A stretch of 64,000 nt of DNA from the NCBI GenBank assembly GCA_963604235.1, contig CAVCPR010000003.1, positions 2,972 through 66,971 on the forward strand, given 5' to 3'. This stretch comes from Anaerovoracaceae bacterium. GTDB taxonomy: Bacteria; Actinomycetota; Coriobacteriia; Coriobacteriales; Eggerthellaceae. Below the pieces are notes generated by a model. It saw only the letters and a program-made list of their open reading frames with translations. It was not told the DNA's origin and made no database searches. The position numbers and the translations under genes were made by a program. Below, piece by piece: positions 1 through 10,626 of the stretch. Each line of letters begins with the position of its first letter. Positions within the stretch are counted from its first letter, which is position 1.

Positions 1-1069
1 CGCTCGCCCAGGTTTGCAGGTAATCCGAGAAGTTGACGGTGGCCGTCGGCATCCCCGTGGTGGAATCGACCTCGAAGGAGACCTCCTTGCCGTCCATCGT
101 GATGGTGAACGCGTCGCTGACGTAGGACGCCAGACTCCACGTGCCGCTGACGTCGACCGTCTCATCAAACGGACCCGTCAGCATGGATTCGGTGGATTCG
201 CCGTCGTTGGTGATAACCACGTAGGCCTGCTGCCCGGAAGCAAGCTTGTACTCGACCTTCACGCTCGTCGGCACACTTACCGTCGACGCGGCCGTTGCGG
301 CCTCGCTTTCGCTTGAAGAGGTTCCCGACCCGTCGGCTGAGGTGTCGGTAACGCCCGTCACCGGGACTTTCGGCACATCCTGCGAACCCGACGATCCATG
401 GTTGCCGAACGCCATCGCGATGATGATCACGAGCAGCACCAAGATGACGGCGGCCACGATAAGATATGGGCCTCGAGCCGTATGGCCCGACGAGCCGCCA
501 AGGGAAGGCGACCCGGTATAGAAATTGGTGAACTGAGTAGTTAGCGTAGACCCGATCTTGCCCTTGCGTGCCGAGTCGTCGGCTCGCGCCGCACGGGAGG
601 CCAACGACTCGCGATACCCCTCCGAGCGCTGCTGACGCGAATGCAACGCACCCCCGCGCTGCGGACGTCCCTCGCCCGACCGACGACGTTGCGAACCCTC
701 GCCGGCCTCTTCCCTTGATGCGCGCTGCTGGGAGCGCGGCGAGCGGGAAGTACGTGACGAAGACACCGACTTTCGTCCGGACACGTGCGTCGGCGAGTCG
801 GCTTCGCTGCGACTGCGCCCCACCTGATACGCGTATTGCTCGTCGAGGAACATCCGCGTGATCTCCGACGGGTTGAGCCCGACCAAGCGCGCGTACGCGT
901 TCACCATGTTGCGCGTGTAACCGCGAGGGGGCATGCGCGAGAAATCGTTGTTTTCAATAGCGCGCAGAATATCAGGCCTGATGCGAAGCTTGCGCGCGGC
1001 GGACTGCACATCCATGCCCTTGCGTTCACGAGCTTCGCGAAGAATAGAACCGAATGCCATATGCGACAT
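1..1069 (-). CDS. XRE-type helix-turn-helix membrane protein, RodZ-like (C-terminus runs off the left edge of the window)
   Basis: Absent from the ORF track because its stop lies outside the window. My reverse-strand translation from ATG 1069 (GGAG 5 nt upstream, 9 nt after the ftsK stop) reads MSHMAFGSILREARERKGMDVQSAARKLRIRPDILRAIENNDFSRMPPRGYTRNMVNAYARLVGL. A basic/Ser-rich linker follows, then one TM helix (YLIVAAVILVLLVIIIAMAF) and a C-terminal part that stays open to position 2 (...TGMPTATVNFSDYLQTWAS). The HTH + TM + DUF4115-like layout matches RodZ. Confidence 0.6.
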   Translation of the reverse strand, partial: MSHMAFGSILREARERKGMDVQSAARKLRIRPDILRAIENNDFSRMPPRGYTRNMVNAYARLVGLNPSEITRMFLDEQYAYQVGRSRSEADSPTHVSGRKSVSSSRTSRSPRSQQRASREEAGEGSQRRRSGEGRPQRGGALHSRQQRSEGYRESLASRAARADDSARKGKIGSTLTTQFTNFYTGSPSLGGSSGHTARGPYLIVAAVILVLLVIIIAMAFGNHGSSGSQDVPKVPVTGVTDTSADGSGTSSSESEAATAASTVSVPTSVKVEYKLASGQQAYVVITNDGESTESMLTGPFDETVDVSGTWSLASYVSDAFTITMDGKEVSFEVDSTTGMPTATVNFSDYLQTWAS

Positions 1070-1077
1070 ATGAACTC

Positions 1078-3657
1078 CTAGTCGTTTCCGTCATGCGACT
1101 CGAACGCCTTCAGCGTCTCAAGCTCCATGACATCGACGAGCACCTCTCGAGGTTTGCTGCCGTTGGGCGGACCCACGACGCCCTTTTCTGCCAACATGTC
1201 CATTATACGCCCAGCGCGCGAATAGCCCACCTTTAGGCGTCGCTGTATATTTGAGGTGGACCCCAGCCCGCTCGACACCACGATATCCGCCGCTTCCCAA
1301 ATGAGCGGATCGTCGTCGGTGCAGGTGCCGCCGGAAGCATCGGAGGGGCACGATCCCAAGGTGATAAGGTTCGTGGAGAGAATCTCGGAATGATACTCCG
1401 GCTCCCCTTGGCTGCGCAACTGCTCGACCACCGCGTTGATTTCATCCTCGGAAACATAGCAGCCCTGGATGCGCACCGGCTTGGCATATTCGGGCTTGCT
1501 GAACAGCAGGTCGCCCAAACCGATAAGGTTCTCAGCACCGGGCGTATCGAGCACGACGCGACTGTCGATGCTACTTGCCACGTTAAACGCGATGCGGTTT
1601 GTGATGTTCGCCTTGATAAGGCCCGTCACGACGTTGGCGGAGGGGCGCTGCGTCGCAACGATGAGGTGGATGCCCGCCGCACGGGCAAGCTGCGCGATGC
1701 GGCTGATGGAGAACTCGACTTCCTTGCCGACGTTCATCATGAGGTCGGCAAGCTCGTCAATGATGATGACGATGTAAGGCAGCTCGTCGCCGAGGTCGTT
1801 TTCCGGTGGCTCCTCCCCCGCCCCTTCGGCTTTCGCGGCCGCTTCGAGCGCCGATTGCACCTTGGCGTTGTACTGGCCGATGTTTCGCGCGCCGACCTTG
1901 GAAAACACCTTCAGGCGCCGCTCCATCTCGGCAACGCCCCACGACAAGGCGCTTGCCGCTTCCTTAGCCTCGGTCACCACGGGCACGTAGAGATGCGGAA
2001 TACCGTTATATGGGGTGAATTCGACGCGCTTCGGGTCAATCATGATGAAGCGGACCTCGGCGGGCGTGGCGCGCATGAGGATAGACATGATCATGGCGTT
2101 GATGGAGACGGACTTGCCCGAGCCGGTGGTGCCGCCGATGAGCAGATGAGGCATCTTGGCGAGATCGGTCACGATGCAGTTACCCTCGACGTCTTTGCCG
2201 ATGGCGATCTGCAGGGGGCCCTCGGATGCATCCTTGATAACGTCACCGAGCAGAACCGTCTGCCTGGTACGATTCGGAACCTCGATGCCCACATAATTCG
2301 TGCCGGGAATGGGCGCGAAGATGCGCACGCCGGGCGCGGCGAGTGCAAGCGCGATATCGTCTTCGAGCGCGGTAACGCGGCTGACACGCACGCCGGCCGG
2401 AAGGTCGACTTTGAACAGCGTGACCGTCGGGCCGGCCACCCAGCCGACGACCTTCGCCATGATATTGAAGTCCTCGAGCGTCTCCTGCAGACACGCGCCC
2501 GTTTCCTGCAGCTCGGATTCGGTTGCAAGCTCCGCTTCGGGGTTCGCCGACGTGGCGAGCAAGTCCATCGAAGGAAGCTCGAAACCCTGTTCAGGGCGCG
2601 GCGTCGCAACGGGGGAAGCCGTCTTCGACGTGCGTCTCGGCGCCTCGGCTGCGCTTGGCGCGGCCGGGCGGGCGCGACGCCCTAACTTACGCGTAATCTG
2701 TGCAGGCTGCTCTTGGGCCGCTCCGGCCGCTTCCGACTCGGTGAGCGCATGAGAGCCCACACGGCGAGAAGATGCCTTGCCCACAGGGGCGTCCTCCTGC
2801 GATTTATTGGCAATGACCTGCGTCTTCGCCGCGGAAATATCCTCGTCGTCCTCAATTGGGGCCCCACGCTTGGGACGCTTGGACGCAAGGGAGATGCGCG
2901 GTAAACGAGCGCCTGCGCTCTCGGCATCGGGATCTTCGACTGTCCCATCGTCCTGTCCGCGATGCGCGTGAAGCACCTCGAAGAGCTTCGACAAAGACAG
3001 CCCGATAATCGAGATGCCGACGATAACGACGCCGACCAAGACGATGGCCGAGACCGCCAGACCAAGCAACTTCAAGCCCACCCAAGCAATTCCCGCGCCA
3101 AGATAGCCGCCGCGCGCAAAGAGCTGATCAGGCAGGAACAGATTATCGGTTGCATCGGGCGCAACTTCGGGCGTGAACAGGGCAAGCAAGGCGAGCACGG
3201 CAACAAACACCATTGCAAGCCCCACGCAGACACGCAGCGGGACGCGCTCGCGATCGAGGCGAACCAGGCAGCTTGCGCCTACCGCCACCAACAAAAACGG
3301 CAACACGTAGGCGCCGAGGCCGAAGCTTAGGTGCAGCGCCTGAGACGCCGCCGAGGTAAGCAGGGCGTCGGTGGGCACCACGGCAGCTACAAACAGCACA
3401 ATGCCGAGCACCGACAGGCAAACGCCGGTGACGTCCCGTTTGGTGCGCTCGTCAAAAATTTTGGGCTGTCGCTGCGGCTCCACCGATGCTTTAGTGCGCG
3501 CGCCTTTTGCACCCGAGGCGCCTTGCCTTTTCGCACCCGAAGACGATGCGGCTTTGGCGCGAGACGCCTGGGAGCGCTTCGTAGGCGATGAACCCTTGCC
3601 CGACTGCTTATTTGTTTGCGCGGATCGAGCCACGCGACCTCCTATTTGCTCGTTCAC
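1078..3657 (-). CDS. ftsK: DNA translocase FtsK
   Basis: 859-aa ORF with N-terminal TM helices and an Ala/Pro/Ser-rich linker. The motor domain carries Walker A GGTTGSGKS and DELADLMM. A C-terminal gamma-like winged helix is present (STSNIQRRLKVGYSRAGRIMDMLAEKG). Confidence 0.95.
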   Translation of the reverse strand: MNEQIGGRVARSAQTNKQSGKGSSPTKRSQASRAKAASSSGAKRQGASGAKGARTKASVEPQRQPKIFDERTKRDVTGVCLSVLGIVLFVAAVVPTDALLTSAASQALHLSFGLGAYVLPFLLVAVGASCLVRLDRERVPLRVCVGLAMVFVAVLALLALFTPEVAPDATDNLFLPDQLFARGGYLGAGIAWVGLKLLGLAVSAIVLVGVVIVGISIIGLSLSKLFEVLHAHRGQDDGTVEDPDAESAGARLPRISLASKRPKRGAPIEDDEDISAAKTQVIANKSQEDAPVGKASSRRVGSHALTESEAAGAAQEQPAQITRKLGRRARPAAPSAAEAPRRTSKTASPVATPRPEQGFELPSMDLLATSANPEAELATESELQETGACLQETLEDFNIMAKVVGWVAGPTVTLFKVDLPAGVRVSRVTALEDDIALALAAPGVRIFAPIPGTNYVGIEVPNRTRQTVLLGDVIKDASEGPLQIAIGKDVEGNCIVTDLAKMPHLLIGGTTGSGKSVSINAMIMSILMRATPAEVRFIMIDPKRVEFTPYNGIPHLYVPVVTEAKEAASALSWGVAEMERRLKVFSKVGARNIGQYNAKVQSALEAAAKAEGAGEEPPENDLGDELPYIVIIIDELADLMMNVGKEVEFSISRIAQLARAAGIHLIVATQRPSANVVTGLIKANITNRIAFNVASSIDSRVVLDTPGAENLIGLGDLLFSKPEYAKPVRIQGCYVSEDEINAVVEQLRSQGEPEYHSEILSTNLITLGSCPSDASGGTCTDDDPLIWEAADIVVSSGLGSTSNIQRRLKVGYSRAGRIMDMLAEKGVVGPPNGSKPREVLVDVMELETLKAFESHDGND

Positions 3658-3751
3658 TACAAGCGTCTAGCATCCTAGACGCCCGAAAACCACGCGCCCG
3701 CAGGCGAAATACCGCATGCGGGCGCAACGAAAACCGATAAATGCGGCGGAA

Positions 3752-5596
3752 TTACACGTCGAGAAGATGCAGAACCGTCATCGGGCGCGTCTTCGTGCGC
3801 TCCCACAGAAGCGACAGCAACGCGTCACGGCACGCCTTCCTCAGCTCCTTGGCGCTCGCCCCCTTGCCGAGCTGCTTCGCAAGGCAGTTCTTCACGCTCT
3901 TCTCGCACTCGCGCACGAGATACGGGTCGTCGCCGCCGGTGATGCCGCGCATTTCCACGACGACATTGCCGACCACGGCCTTCTTGCGACCCGAAACGGC
4001 GGCGGATACGGCCACGAAGCCCTGACTGCCGAGCGCCGTGCGCTCCTCGAGAACCTCCTCGGAGGTGTCGCCGACCGAAAGACCGTCGACGAAGACGATA
4101 CCGGACTGCACTACTTCGCCCGGCACGACGCCCTTGGTGGAAAGCTCGAGGCTCTCGCCATTTTCGCAGATGAAAATGTTATCAGCCGGGACGCCAACCG
4201 CTTCAGCCAATCGGGCATGGGCACGCAGGTGCGTCGCCTCGCCATGCACGGGCATGAACGCCTTGGGTTGCACGATGCTCAACGCGATCTTCAGCTCCTC
4301 GGCCGAGGCGTGGCCCGACACATGCACGCGTGCGCGCGACTTGTCGTACACATCGGCACCGATTTTCGCCAGCGAATTGATAACCTTCGTGACGGCCTTT
4401 TCATTGCCGGGAACGGGCGTTGCGGAAATGATGACCGTGTCGCCGGCGTCCATCTCGATGGTCTTATGCTCGCCGTTGGCGATGCGCGCAAGCGCCGAAA
4501 GCGGCTCGCCCTGGCTACCGGTGCACATGATGACCACCTGCTCGGGCGGGATGCCCTTCAGGTCATAGGCATCGATGATGTCCGCATCGGAGACGTTAAG
4601 ATACCCCAGCTTGCGGGCGATATCGGTGTTCTGCACCATGGAGCGGCCCGTCACGACGACCTTGCGCCCGTTAGCCACGGCAGCGTCGCAGATCTGCTGC
4701 AAGCGGTGAATGTGGCTTGCGAACGAGGCGATGATGACGCGACCCTTTGCCTGCGCGATGATGCGCTGCAACACCTTGCCCACCTCGGCCTCGGAAGGCG
4801 TGAAGTTAGGGTTGGTTGCATTCGTCGAGTCCGACATCATCAAGTCGACGCCCTCGTGCGAGAAGCGCGCAAGCGCCCCGAAATCGGTATGGACGCCGTC
4901 GATGGGCGTTTGGTCGAGCTTGAAGTCGCCCGTGTGCAGCACGTTGCCGGCGGGGCTGCGGAAAAACACGCCGACCGCGCCGGGAATGGAGTGGTTAACG
5001 GCAAAGAATTCCGCGGTCATGCAACCGAGCTTGACGGTGTCGCCCGGCTTGATCTCGCACAGCTTGGCATTCTTGATGCGATGTTCCTTGAATTTGCCCT
5101 CGATAAGCCCGAGCGTCATCTTCGTGCCATAAATGGGAATCTGGCGATCGAGATCCTTGATGAGATACGGCAGGGAGCCCGTATGATCCTCATGGCCGTG
5201 CGTGATGATGATGCCGCGCAGCTTGTCCGCGTGCTGCAGGACATAGGTGTAATCGGGAAGAATCAGGTCAACGCCGGGATGGTTGTCGTCCGGGAACATC
5301 AAGCCCGCGTCGTCGAGCACCATGTCGCCCTTGCATTCGAACACGGTCATGTTCTTGCCGATGGCATCCAAGCCGCCGAGCGGGATGATTTTCAGCGTGG
5401 CATTTTTATCTTTTTGGGCAGAGTCGAAAGAGCGGCGCTTCGCGTTATTGCGCCCCTTCTGAGCCCCAGCCTTGCCCTCCTTGGTCAGCTGCGGGCGTTT
5501 CAAATCAAGCTTCACATGCTTGACCGATTGCGTCGGCTTTCCCTCTCGAGCGCGCACCTTATCGTCGCGCTTGCCGCGCTTTTCGTTTTGATCCAT
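3752..5596 (-). CDS. rnj: Ribonuclease J (metallo-beta-lactamase/beta-CASP)
   Basis: 614 aa with the HxHxDH motif (IIITHGHEDHTGSLPY) and RNase J-type N-terminal core (LKIIPLGGLDAIGKNMTVFE). A Lys/Arg-rich N-terminal extension of about 65 aa means the true start could be internal. Confidence 0.9.
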   Translation of the reverse strand: MDQNEKRGKRDDKVRAREGKPTQSVKHVKLDLKRPQLTKEGKAGAQKGRNNAKRRSFDSAQKDKNATLKIIPLGGLDAIGKNMTVFECKGDMVLDDAGLMFPDDNHPGVDLILPDYTYVLQHADKLRGIIITHGHEDHTGSLPYLIKDLDRQIPIYGTKMTLGLIEGKFKEHRIKNAKLCEIKPGDTVKLGCMTAEFFAVNHSIPGAVGVFFRSPAGNVLHTGDFKLDQTPIDGVHTDFGALARFSHEGVDLMMSDSTNATNPNFTPSEAEVGKVLQRIIAQAKGRVIIASFASHIHRLQQICDAAVANGRKVVVTGRSMVQNTDIARKLGYLNVSDADIIDAYDLKGIPPEQVVIMCTGSQGEPLSALARIANGEHKTIEMDAGDTVIISATPVPGNEKAVTKVINSLAKIGADVYDKSRARVHVSGHASAEELKIALSIVQPKAFMPVHGEATHLRAHARLAEAVGVPADNIFICENGESLELSTKGVVPGEVVQSGIVFVDGLSVGDTSEEVLEERTALGSQGFVAVSAAVSGRKKAVVGNVVVEMRGITGGDDPYLVRECEKSVKNCLAKQLGKGASAKELRKACRDALLSLLWERTKTRPMTVLHLLDV

Positions 5597-5660
5597 ATTC
5601 TATTTCCTAACTGCTGAGCACAAAGCCGCACGCTGATCAGGCGTGCGGCTTTGCTCCCGG

Positions 5661-6551
5661 CTAAAGGACGCCGACTTCGCGCATCGTCTGCGCGAGTTCA
5701 GCCGACTGCTCCTCGGTGGCATTGACGAGCGGCAGGCGCACGCCGCCGACCGAAAAACCACTCAACTTCAAAGCTTCTTTAACCAGGATGGGGTTCGCTG
5801 TCTTGAACAGCCCTTCCATAAGGGGCATAAGGCGTTCGTTCGCCTGCGCAGCCTGCTCCCATTCGCCGGCTGCGCACAGATCGACGATCTCCTTCATGCG
5901 GGAAGGAGCAACGTTGCCAATCGTGGAGATGACGCCTACGCCACCCAATTTCATAATGTCATACGTGGCCGAATCGTCACCGGAATACACGCTGAAGCCC
6001 TCGGGGGCGTCGGCGGTGATCGCGGCCACCTGGTCCATCTTGCCGGAAGCTTCCTTCACGGCGACGATGTTGTCGAACTCATGCGCCAGACGCAGCGTCG
6101 TTTGCGCTTCCATGTTCACGACGCAACGCCCGGGGATGTTGTAGAGGATGATAGGCAGCTCAACCGCGCTTGCAATAGTTCGGAAGTGCTGGTAAATGCC
6201 CTCTTGCGGAGGCTTGTTGTAGTACGGCACAACACACATGAAGCCGTCGACGCCGAGCTTGGCGACATCGTTGGCGAAGTCGACCGTGTCGGCCGTGCAG
6301 TTGTCGCCGACGTTTGCGATGACCGGAACGCGCCCGTCAACCGCGGAGACAACGGCCTTGAACAGCTCGATCTTGTCGGGATAAAACACGGTCGGGCTCT
6401 CGCCGGTGGTGCCGTTGATGATAAGCGCGTCGGAGCCGCCCTCCACAAGGCGGTTCGCAAGCTGCTGAGCACGATCGAGATCGAGCTCGAGGTTTTCCTT
6501 CATGGGCGTGACCATGGCCGGAATCATGCGGCCGAAACGAGGCTCAGACAT
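5661..6551 (-). CDS. dapA: 4-hydroxy-tetrahydrodipicolinate synthase
   Basis: DapA hallmarks are present: MVTPM, INGTTGESPT, VVPYYNKP, VAVKEASG. I moved the start to ATG 6551 (MSEPRFGR), which has GGAAAGG upstream. The track ORF starts at 6599. Confidence 0.93.
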   Translation of the reverse strand: MSEPRFGRMIPAMVTPMKENLELDLDRAQQLANRLVEGGSDALIINGTTGESPTVFYPDKIELFKAVVSAVDGRVPVIANVGDNCTADTVDFANDVAKLGVDGFMCVVPYYNKPPQEGIYQHFRTIASAVELPIILYNIPGRCVVNMEAQTTLRLAHEFDNIVAVKEASGKMDQVAAITADAPEGFSVYSGDDSATYDIMKLGGVGVISTIGNVAPSRMKEIVDLCAAGEWEQAAQANERLMPLMEGLFKTANPILVKEALKLSGFSVGGVRLPLVNATEEQSAELAQTMREVGVL

Positions 6552-6685
6552 CTTGGCACCTTTCCGAGTAAGCACGAACCGTATATCCGTGCGCTGCAAT
6601 GCAGTAATTCAACGTGTAGGTATTATGACAGAAGCGCTTTACGCCGCGCTCGAAGTCCATTACTTTGCCATGCGAGAGGGGCCTG

Positions 6686-7453
6686 CTAGCCCATGAACGA
6701 CTCCAGGCCGACCACGAGGCCCTCGCATTCGCGCACGCTCCTGATGCCGAGCAGCACGCCGGGCATGTAGGAAGTGCGATCCCAGGAGTCGTGGCGGATG
6801 GTAAGCGTCTGCCCCATCGAGCCGAACACAACTTCCTGGCTGGCCACATAGCCCATGGAGCGGACGGAATGCACGGGCACGCCCTCGACGAGCGCGCCGC
6901 GCGCGCCTTCGCAGCCCGCAAGCTCCGTTTCGCGGCCCGGGGCCACACTTGGACGGCCGCCGCGGGCCTCGGAGATGATCTGGGCCGTGCGCACCGCCGT
7001 GCCGGAGGGGGCGTCCTTCTTGTTGCAATGATGGAACTCGAGCACCTCCGCCTCGGGGAAATACGGGGCAGCGGCCTTGGCGAACTGCATCATGAGGACC
7101 GCACCGGTGGTGAAGTTCGGCGCATAGAACAGGCAGGTGCCGGGAGACGCGACCGACGCGAGGTCGGCAAGCACCTCGTTGGAAAGGCCGGTCGTGCCCA
7201 CCACGCAATCGATGCCCGCGGGAAGCGCGGAGCGCAGATTCCCCTCGACCACCTTCGGCTGCGTGAAATCGACGAGCACCTGGAAACCGCCCGCGGAAAC
7301 GGCCTGATCGACCGTCGCATACACCGGAAAGTCGGCGCTTTCGCCGTGCGGATCGATGCCGCACGCCATGCGCATGTCGTCAGCGGCATTGACGGCGTCG
7401 ACCACGGCCGATCCCATACGTCCCGCAAAACCCGCAACTGCTACATCTATCAT
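6686..7453 (-). CDS. dapB: 4-hydroxy-tetrahydrodipicolinate reductase
   Basis: 255 aa with an N-terminal nucleotide fold (VAVAGFAGRMG) and the DapB signature EFHHCNKKDAPSGTA. Confidence 0.93.
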   Translation of the reverse strand: MIDVAVAGFAGRMGSAVVDAVNAADDMRMACGIDPHGESADFPVYATVDQAVSAGGFQVLVDFTQPKVVEGNLRSALPAGIDCVVGTTGLSNEVLADLASVASPGTCLFYAPNFTTGAVLMMQFAKAAAPYFPEAEVLEFHHCNKKDAPSGTAVRTAQIISEARGGRPSVAPGRETELAGCEGARGALVEGVPVHSVRSMGYVASQEVVFGSMGQTLTIRHDSWDRTSYMPGVLLGIRSVRECEGLVVGLESFMG

Positions 7454-7649
7454 TCGATACTCCTTGGATTGGGAACTTCCATTTCAAATCACGTTAGGAC
7501 CAAATAATAGCCGATAGCGCATCAGCCGCAGCGCTTCTGCTTGCAACTACAGAGAAAGGCCCGCAAACCCAGGATGCGAAGGACATCCGGACTTGCGGGC
7601 CTTTACACCCACTACGGCTTAGCTCAGAGACTCGCCGAAAGATTTAACG

Positions 7650-9890
7650 CTAGGCGTCGTGACGGCGACGGGGCGTGCGATTCGCGCGTCCGGGACGCAC
7701 GTCGCGCTCGCCGTGGCCCTTGCCGCCCTCGCGGCGCTCGCCGCCGTGGCGCGAGCCGTGATCGCCGCGCGGCGCCGGGGCGCTGCCCTCGGGGGCGTCG
7801 GGCTTGTCGAGGCGGTCGAGCGAGATCTTGCCGGTCTTGGCGTCGACCTCGAGCACCTGCACCTTCACAGTATCGCCAAGCGTAAGGACGTCCTCGACCT
7901 TGCCGACACGGCCGTTGGCGACGCGGGAGATGTGCAGCAGGCCATCCTTGGCGGGCGTGAGCTTCACGAACGCGCCGAAGTCCTTGATGCCGACGACTTC
8001 GCCCTCGAACGTCTCGCCCACCTCGGGCTCCTTAACGATGCCGAGGATCATGGCCTTCGCGGCCTCGCCGGCCGGGCCTTCGACGGCGGCAATGTGGATA
8101 GTGCCGTCTTCCTGGATGTCGATCTGCGCGCCGGTCTCGTCCTGAATGCCGCGCACAACCTTGCCGCCGGAACCGATGACGTCGCGGATCTTGTCGACCG
8201 GGATGTGGATGGTCTCGATGCGCGGCGCCGTATCGCGCAGCTGCTCACGCGGCTCGGGCAGCTCGCCGAGCATGGCGTTGAGGATGTAGGCGCGGCCCTC
8301 ATGCGCCTGGGCGAGCGCGCGGCCGAGGATTTCAGTGGACAGGCCGCGCGCCTTGTTGTCCATCTGCAGGGCGGTGATGCCCTTCTCGGTGCCGCACACC
8401 TTGAAGTCCATGTCGCCGAGGAAGTCCTCAAGACCCTGGATGTCGGAGAGGATGACGACGTCGTCGCCTTCCTTGATAAGGCCCATAGCGATACCGGAAA
8501 CGGGAGCCTTGATCGGCACGCCCGCGTCCATGAGGGCAAGCGTGGAGCCGCAGGTGGAAGCCATAGAGGACGAGCCGTTGGACTCGAGCACCTCGGAAAC
8601 CACGCGGATGGCGTAGGGGAACTCCTCCTCGGAGGGGATCACCGGCAGAAGCGCGCGCTCGGCGAGGGCGCCGTGGCCCACCTCGCGACGCTTCGGGGCG
8701 CCCATGCGGCCAACCTCGCCGGTGCAGTACGGCGGGAAGTTGTACTGATGCATGTAACGCTTGCCCTCGGCCGGGTCGATGGTGTCGAGACGCTGCCACT
8801 CGTTGAGCATGCCGAGCGTGCAGATGGACAGCGCCTGCGTCTGGCCGCGCTGGAACAGGCCGGAGCCGTGAACGCGCGGCAGGTAACCCGGCACGATGTG
8901 CAGCGGGCGGATTTCCTCGGGACGACGGCCGTCGGCGCGCTCGCCGGTGGCGATGACCATGGCGCGCATGGCCTTCTTCTCGAGCTTCTTGAGCGCAGCG
9001 GCGATATCGGAACCCCAGGCGGAAAGCTCTTCCTCGCTGAACTGCTCGGACTTGATGCGGGCTTTCAGCTCCTCGACCTTGCCCATGCGCGCGAGCTTGT
9101 CGGCGTCTTTCAAGGCCGCGGACATCTCGTCGAAGAACGGATCGACGCGCTCGGCGATGGACGGGTCGGCCACATGGATGGGCCACTCGACCGGCGTGAT
9201 GTTGCAGCGGTCGAGGAAGCGCTGCTGCGCCTCGCAGAACTTCGCAATGGCCTCCTGGCCGAAGTTCATGGCGTTGAGCATGAGCTCCTCGGAAACCTGA
9301 TCGGCGCCCGCCTCGACCATGGAGATGTAGTCGGCGGTGCCGGCGATGGTCAGCTCCAGGTCGGAGGTTTCCTGCTCGGCGTACGTGGGATTGACGATGA
9401 ACTCGTCGGTTTCGGGATTATGTGCGATGCGCACACAGGCGGCCGGGCCGTCAAACGGCGCGCTGCCGAGCATGAGGGCGCCGGAAGCGCCGCCGACGCA
9501 GATGCAGTCGGGGGGATTCTGGCCGTCGCACACCAGCGTGGTGGCCACGACGTGGACCTCGCGCTTGAAGCCGTCGGCGAAGCCGGGACGGATCGGGCGG
9601 TCGATCATGCGGGCGGTCAGCGTGCCCTTTTCGGAAGGACGCGCCTCGCGCTTGAGGTAGCCGCCGGGGATGCGCCCGACGGAGTACATCTTCTCGATGA
9701 AGTCGACGGTCAGCGGGAAGAAGTCGTAGTTCTTCTCCTCTTTCGAGATGACGGCCGTGACGAGCACCGTGGTCTCGCCCTGGGTGACGAGCACCGCACC
9801 CGTGGCCTGCTTGGCCAGCTCACCGGTTTCGAAGCGGTACTGCTTGCCGTACAGCTCGAAGGACTCGACGATCTTTTCCATGTGATTCAT
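7650..9890 (-). CDS. pnp: Polyribonucleotide nucleotidyltransferase (PNPase)
   Basis: 746 aa with two RNase-PH domains, a KH domain (IRDVIGSGGKVVRGIQ) and an S1 domain (GEVVGIKDFGAFVKL). It ends in an Arg/Gly-rich tail and lies directly downstream of rpsO, as in most bacteria. Confidence 0.96.
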   Translation of the reverse strand: MNHMEKIVESFELYGKQYRFETGELAKQATGAVLVTQGETTVLVTAVISKEEKNYDFFPLTVDFIEKMYSVGRIPGGYLKREARPSEKGTLTARMIDRPIRPGFADGFKREVHVVATTLVCDGQNPPDCICVGGASGALMLGSAPFDGPAACVRIAHNPETDEFIVNPTYAEQETSDLELTIAGTADYISMVEAGADQVSEELMLNAMNFGQEAIAKFCEAQQRFLDRCNITPVEWPIHVADPSIAERVDPFFDEMSAALKDADKLARMGKVEELKARIKSEQFSEEELSAWGSDIAAALKKLEKKAMRAMVIATGERADGRRPEEIRPLHIVPGYLPRVHGSGLFQRGQTQALSICTLGMLNEWQRLDTIDPAEGKRYMHQYNFPPYCTGEVGRMGAPKRREVGHGALAERALLPVIPSEEEFPYAIRVVSEVLESNGSSSMASTCGSTLALMDAGVPIKAPVSGIAMGLIKEGDDVVILSDIQGLEDFLGDMDFKVCGTEKGITALQMDNKARGLSTEILGRALAQAHEGRAYILNAMLGELPEPREQLRDTAPRIETIHIPVDKIRDVIGSGGKVVRGIQDETGAQIDIQEDGTIHIAAVEGPAGEAAKAMILGIVKEPEVGETFEGEVVGIKDFGAFVKLTPAKDGLLHISRVANGRVGKVEDVLTLGDTVKVQVLEVDAKTGKISLDRLDKPDAPEGSAPAPRGDHGSRHGGERREGGKGHGERDVRPGRANRTPRRRHDA

Positions 9891-10007
9891 TCTTTCTCTT
9901 ACCTTGGCGCCGTAGTGCGACCAAGCTTCTTCGGGCTTTTGCGGGTACTTACGCTTCCCCTTCGCCCACGGAGAGGTTGCGCCTCATGCGCACCTGACCG
10001 CTATGCA

Positions 10008-10030
10008 AAAGCCCGCATGACGCGGGCTTT
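10008..10030 (-). terminator. Hairpin between rpsO and pnp (terminator/processing stem)
   Basis: The minus strand reads AAAGCCCGC-GTCAT-GCGGGCTTT followed by T. It lies 8 nt after the rpsO stop and 118 nt before the pnp ATG. A rpsO terminator and pnp leader stem at this position is well known in E. coli. Confidence 0.55.
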
Positions 10031-10037
10031 CGTTGCG

Positions 10038-10325
10038 CTAGATGTTGTCGCGGATGCCGAGCTTCTTGATGAGGGCACGGTAACGCTCGATGTCGCGTTC
10101 CTTGATGTAGCTGAGCAGGCCGCGACGCTTACCGATAAGCATCATGAGGCCACGGCGGGAATGGTTATCCTTCTTGTGGACCTTCAGGTGCTCGGTGAGG
10201 TTGCGGATACGCTCGGAGAGGATGGCGACCTGGACGTCCGGATTGCCGGTGTCCTGCTCGTTTGCGCCGAACTCCTTGACCAGCTCGGCCGTGCGCTCCT
10301 TCGAGATGCTGAGTTTGCTAGGCAT
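10038..10325 (-). CDS. rpsO: 30S ribosomal protein S15
   Basis: 95 aa with the typical S15 sequence ([43 protein letters not shown]). Confidence 0.97.
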   Translation of the reverse strand: MPSKLSISKERTAELVKEFGANEQDTGNPDVQVAILSERIRNLTEHLKVHKKDNHSRRGLMMLIGKRRGLLSYIKERDIERYRALIKKLGIRDNI

Positions 10326-10626
10326 AGCTTAACTCCACCTTTCCTGCGGGTTTCCCCGCCTTCCGTGCAGCTTTTGCGCTGCGCTCTTCACGCTTTCCGC
10401 TGGGTTGCATGCGCGCATGCCTACCAAGTGGAAAGTGACGCCCGCTTTGGGCAACTTTTGCAGAATAGACCACATCGAGGGGAAATGCCAGCTGCGCCGC
10501 ACGATGCCACAGCATCAGCACATACCGTGCCTCATCGGGGATAAGCGCCGCACACCAACGGTGAGGCGGGCAGCATACGGCAGACGCCCGCCCCAGTCAC
10601 GCCTGCGCATCGATGGCGGAGGTGCG

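Noticed and set aside
7659-10544. Very long ORFs on the strand opposite to real genes. Examples: 7659-10544 (+, 961 aa), 20805-23714 (+, 969 aa), 3716-5617 (+), 10405-12339 (+), 23984-25981 (+), 29237-30823 (+), 35916-37277 (-), 39082-40353 (-), 40506-41810 (-), 49643-51157 (+), 57364-59022 (+).
   Set aside because: These are typical high-GC shadow ORFs. Their translations are dominated by Arg, Ala, Gly, His, Asp and Leu and have no recognisable motifs. Each fully overlaps a gene with unambiguous family signatures on the other strand, and none has an RBS.
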